From: Elusimicrobiota bacterium
GTDB lineage: Bacteria > Elusimicrobiota > Elusimicrobia > Elusimicrobiales > UBA9959
Assembly: GCA_037137395.1 (NCBI GenBank)
Contig: JBAXKK010000085.1
Location: 1-10,014 of the forward strand
Reading direction: 5' to 3'
DNA length: 10,014 bases
This document shows positions 7,228-10,014 of the stretch, piece by piece. Below the pieces are notes generated by a model. That model was not told the origin of the DNA. It searched no databases and saw only the letters and a program-made list of their open reading frames with translations. Position 1 is the first letter of the stretch. The number at the start of each line of letters is the position of its first letter. The translations under genes and the position numbers were made by a program.

Positions 7228-8403
7228 TTAATCCAGGACTTTAATTTCATAAGGGCCGCGCGCCTTATAGCGCACACCCGCCCAATTGGTTTGCCGGCTA
7301 AACGCGGACATGCAATAGTTGCCTAGGAACAAGGCCCAGGCCGCCGGCGCCGCCAGCGCGGTCCAGACCCATACCGGCCGCCATTGTTCCGGCCAGCGCT
7401 CTTTCCATAATGGGAAGCGCAGCGCGGAAAAAAAAGCGATTCCGGCCGGAAAGCCCAGCTCGCTGACCGCCAAAAGGGCCAGAAGAGCCGGCTGCGGCGC
7501 GGGCCAGAGCGCCCGGCCGAGGATCACCCCTTTAGCCAGGACGCACGCGCCGGAAAGCAGCCACGCCCATGGAGTAAAGAGGCGCGTGCAGAATACGTAG
7601 CGCGTTGTGATATCGATTATCCTACGCGGCGTGAGGCGCCGGTCGATCAACCCCACGGCATCAGGAACAGCGGCAATATGTTTTCTATGCCGCTTGGCCA
7701 GCACCGTCATAACACCATCGTCCGTCACTGCGCGCAGCCAATGCTCGGACACTTTCCAATCCTCATAGTCACGGCGGCGGATAGCAAAAGAGGCCGCGCT
7801 CACCCAGCTGCAAACATAAAAATATGGAACGCAAATGAGATACCAAGTCGAGAACCAGAGACCTGCCGCGTCACGCCCATGGGGAAATGGCAGAGGTAAT
7901 GAGGAAGCTACTCCCACCCGGGCCGGGCTCAGGCCGGAAATGAGCGCGGCCAGCCAACCGGCCGGCGCCCAATGTTTGTCTTCCGAAAATACCAGGACCT
8001 CGCTGGCAGTGGCGGCATGCGCGACCGCGTGAACAAGATCGGCGTTCTTTCCGGCGCATGTTGTGGGTTTAACTCCTGAAGCCAGCGCGCGTACACGGCC
8101 GGCAGTATCCTCACTCGCAAGCTGCTGAATTTCGGCAAAAGCCGGGTCTTCGCGACTCTGGGCTACAAGCAAAAATTCTATGGGTCCTTTATAGCTTTGA
8201 AGCAATATAGACCGGATGTTGCTGCAGCGTTCAGGCAGCGTTCCTTTACAGGGGATAATTACGGTGACGGCCGGAGTCCAAGCAGCCGGAGATTCGCGCC
8301 GGCGAATTCGCCAGCCCATCACCAGCAGCGCCAGGAACTGAACAACAGCAATCAGCGCTCCAACCATGAAGCACTCGTTCACCGACGGATATGTAAGATG
8401 CAT
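7228..8403 (-). CDS. Membrane-bound glycosyltransferase family 2/21 (ceramide glucosyltransferase/HpnI-like)
   Basis: N-terminal TM helix; VTVIIPCKG; CAGK; GWLAALISGL; SFAIRR; AVTDD; several C-terminal TM helices; terminal NWAGVRY typical of GT21-like proteins. Starts 1 nt after the upstream stop. Confidence 0.8.
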   Translation of the reverse strand: MHLTYPSVNECFMVGALIAVVQFLALLVMGWRIRRRESPAAWTPAVTVIIPCKGTLPERCSNIRSILLQSYKGPIEFLLVAQSREDPAFAEIQQLASEDTAGRVRALASGVKPTTCAGKNADLVHAVAHAATASEVLVFSEDKHWAPAGWLAALISGLSPARVGVASSLPLPFPHGRDAAGLWFSTWYLICVPYFYVCSWVSAASFAIRRRDYEDWKVSEHWLRAVTDDGVMTVLAKRHRKHIAAVPDAVGLIDRRLTPRRIIDITTRYVFCTRLFTPWAWLLSGACVLAKGVILGRALWPAPQPALLALLAVSELGFPAGIAFFSALRFPLWKERWPEQWRPVWVWTALAAPAAWALFLGNYCMSAFSRQTNWAGVRYKARGPYEIKVLD

Positions 8404-8404
8404 A

Positions 8405-8935
8405 TTACGAGCCCTTAGGTTCGAGGATCGTAAAGACGCGATGAATAAAGCCTAAGTCCCAATGGCCATGAGTGGTAGCGACCAGATTATATTCTCGGGC
8501 GATGCGCTCACACAGAACGCGGTCGGCCCTCCGGTCTGTGTCGTCGATCATCACGATAGTGGTGGATTTCATGCACTGCGGAAGCACTCTTAAAATAGCG
8601 TCCCGGCCGCAGGCAGGGCCGTCAATAAAAATAAGGTCGAAGGAATGAGCGGGGCGCCAATCGTACCACGGCGGATTACCGACAAGGGGAGCTATAACCA
8701 CTGAAGGAAGGGCCGCCGAATGCTTTGCTTTATGCTCAAGAGCGATGTGTCGGCAGCCTGCCGCTTCAAAAATAAAGGTGCTCCGGCCGGAGCCGGTTTC
8801 AAGCGTGCACATCCCGGGCTTTAGTCTGGCGCGCAACGCCTCCTCGCACGGCTTTGAGAGCTCCCAGAAATGGCGCTGATAGAAACTCCAAAGCCTGGAA
8901 AATATTGTATTTTTCATGAAATTTATGGGGAGCAA
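8405..8935 (-). CDS. Small class I SAM-dependent methyltransferase-like protein (Methyltransf_24-like)
   Basis: Motif I LETGSGRST; IALEH; FDLIFIDGP...GR; IVMIDDTDR. Start is either TTG 8935 (GGTGAGG just upstream) or ATG 8917. Confidence 0.8.
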   Translation of the reverse strand: MLPINFMKNTIFSRLWSFYQRHFWELSKPCEEALRARLKPGMCTLETGSGRSTFIFEAAGCRHIALEHKAKHSAALPSVVIAPLVGNPPWYDWRPAHSFDLIFIDGPACGRDAILRVLPQCMKSTTIVMIDDTDRRADRVLCERIAREYNLVATTHGHWDLGFIHRVFTILEPKGS

Positions 8936-8947
8936 TTCCTCACCGCT

Positions 8948-8977
8948 ATGATACTATAAACAATTGTATTTCCGCAA
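8948..8977 (-). promoter_or_regulatory. Candidate sigma70-type promoter for the methyltransferase-GT2 pair
   Basis: TTGCGG-N18-TATCAT on the minus strand within the AT-rich 8936-9008 spacer. Confidence 0.3.
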
Positions 8978-9008
8978 ATTATGAAATTTTTACCTGAATT
9001 TCGCCACA

Positions 9009-9830
9009 TTATTGATCGCTCAGCGCCGGAGTCAGCACGAATACCGGTTGATTATCAAAGCTCCCCAGCGGACCTTTATCCAGCATCGCGTCATTGAAAT
9101 CATAAGCCGCCAGGACGCGCCAGCCCTCAAAAAGGCGCGGCAGGCGTTTGCGGCCGTAGACGCGGTGCGCGTTCCAGACCAGCGCGTCCAATCCGACCGG
9201 GACCGACAGGAACAATATCCCGCCCTCTTTCAACAGCCGCTTAAAATCCGTCATGGCCCTGATATCGCCGTCCGGATCCAGCGCGTCACCATAACGTCCC
9301 AGTCCGTCATGCTCAATGGATGAAATTGACAACGCCGCGTCAAAACGGCGGGGGTTTGCGGCGAATTGCTGCGGAGTCACTACCTCAAGCCCCGGGATCG
9401 TGCAAACGACTTTGCGGTACTCAATTGTTATTACCGCGGCGCCATACTCCGCGGCGATGCACTCATACCAGGGCGTCTCTGAACCGACGATTACAAGTTG
9501 TTTGCCGCGGACCGGGTAATGATCGAAGGCGTCGTAAAGCGCCAGGTCAGTCTTGCCGTAGTAACCGATTCGGCGGCGGATTTTCCCCGGGTTCCACCAC
9601 AATGAACCCGGAGTCCACTTCAGACCGCCAGCCTTTATGTCGTTTAGATAGTATTGGACTACGGGAACCTCCCCCCCCAGGGTATACCCGTTTTTCAGCT
9701 CCAGAGGCATGACGGCAGGCGGCCAACTACCGGACCTTAAACCGTTAATACACCCAACGCAGCGCAGGAAACCGCGTTCAGCCATTCTGACAAAGCGCTG
9801 TTTACGACCGACGCTAAAGGCGGCAGCCAA
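9009..9830 (-). CDS. DUF268 domain protein (methyltransferase-fold)
   Basis: Signature SISSIEHDGLGRYGDALDPDGD, followed by LKEGGILFLSVPVGLDALVWNAHRVYG and a C-terminal QPVFVL. Start uncertain (TTG 9830 or ATG 9785; the frame is open up to 9914). Confidence 0.88.
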   Translation of the reverse strand: MAAAFSVGRKQRFVRMAERGFLRCVGCINGLRSGSWPPAVMPLELKNGYTLGGEVPVVQYYLNDIKAGGLKWTPGSLWWNPGKIRRRIGYYGKTDLALYDAFDHYPVRGKQLVIVGSETPWYECIAAEYGAAVITIEYRKVVCTIPGLEVVTPQQFAANPRRFDAALSISSIEHDGLGRYGDALDPDGDIRAMTDFKRLLKEGGILFLSVPVGLDALVWNAHRVYGRKRLPRLFEGWRVLAAYDFNDAMLDKGPLGSFDNQPVFVLTPALSDQ

Positions 9831-9902
9831 TTCACGATACTTCTGAAAAACAAGAGCGGTTCCGATAAGTTCTCCCCTGTAATAGTTCCCACGTATTAAC
9901 CC

Positions 9903-9967
9903 GAATCCTGCAGTTCAGAATGATTCCCATAGAGAAATCAGGGGAACAAAATTATTCTGCAGGATTC
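9903..9967. repeat. 11-bp perfect inverted repeat / long stem-loop
   Basis: GAATCCTGCAG (9903-9913) and CTGCAGGATTC (9957-9967) flank 43 nt containing TTCCC (9924-9928)/GGGAA (9942-9946). Confidence 0.75.
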
Positions 9968-10014
9968 CCCTCAAAGCGGGCGGAGGGCCAAGCGCTATGC
10001 GCGCCAGGCCCGAC

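Noticed and set aside
7049..7231. 60-aa plus-strand ORF in the intergenic region
   Set aside because: GTG start, no motif, and it crosses the promoter-like AT-rich patch; probably spurious.
46..9712. The many short alternative-frame and antisense ORFs in the ORF track (e.g. 2439-2816, 3383-3880, 5057-5395, 9320-9712)
   Set aside because: They lie within or almost wholly overlap well-supported genes, have no recognisable motifs, and are expected in GC-rich DNA.
9890..9917. Selenocysteine TGA with SECIS
   Set aside because: No self-contained SECIS-like hairpin directly 3' of the TGA and no redox motif context.

Overview
Bacterial window of moderately high GC with eight credible CDSs. The style of the secreted proteins (PorV/UPF0164-like barrel, FlgD-Ig/T9SS-like C-terminal domain) suggests Elusimicrobiota or a similar lineage, but that is inference. 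Plus strand: an ABC transporter permease (10-933) and a GT4 glycosyltransferase (942-2165). Minus strand, block 1 (7002->2199): a probable three-gene secretion unit. It encodes a secreted protein with a propeptide-like N-terminal domain and two FN3-like domains, a translationally coupled 867-aa secreted zinc metalloprotease ending in a ZU5-like domain (His-Leu-Ser motif) and a T9SS-like sorting domain, and a PorV-like outer-membrane barrel. Minus strand, block 2 (9830->7228): glycan/lipid-modification genes (DUF268 protein, small class I methyltransferase, GT2/GT21-like glycosyltransferase with a degenerate DxD). Non-coding signals: inverted heptamer arrays (3283-3392), a structured leader (7029-7101) and an 11-bp perfect inverted repeat (9903-9967). 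The best candidate for a new system is the three-gene protease unit, with a possible trans-encoded propeptide and a possible self-cleaving sorting signal. All family calls come from motif recognition by eye; no searches were run.
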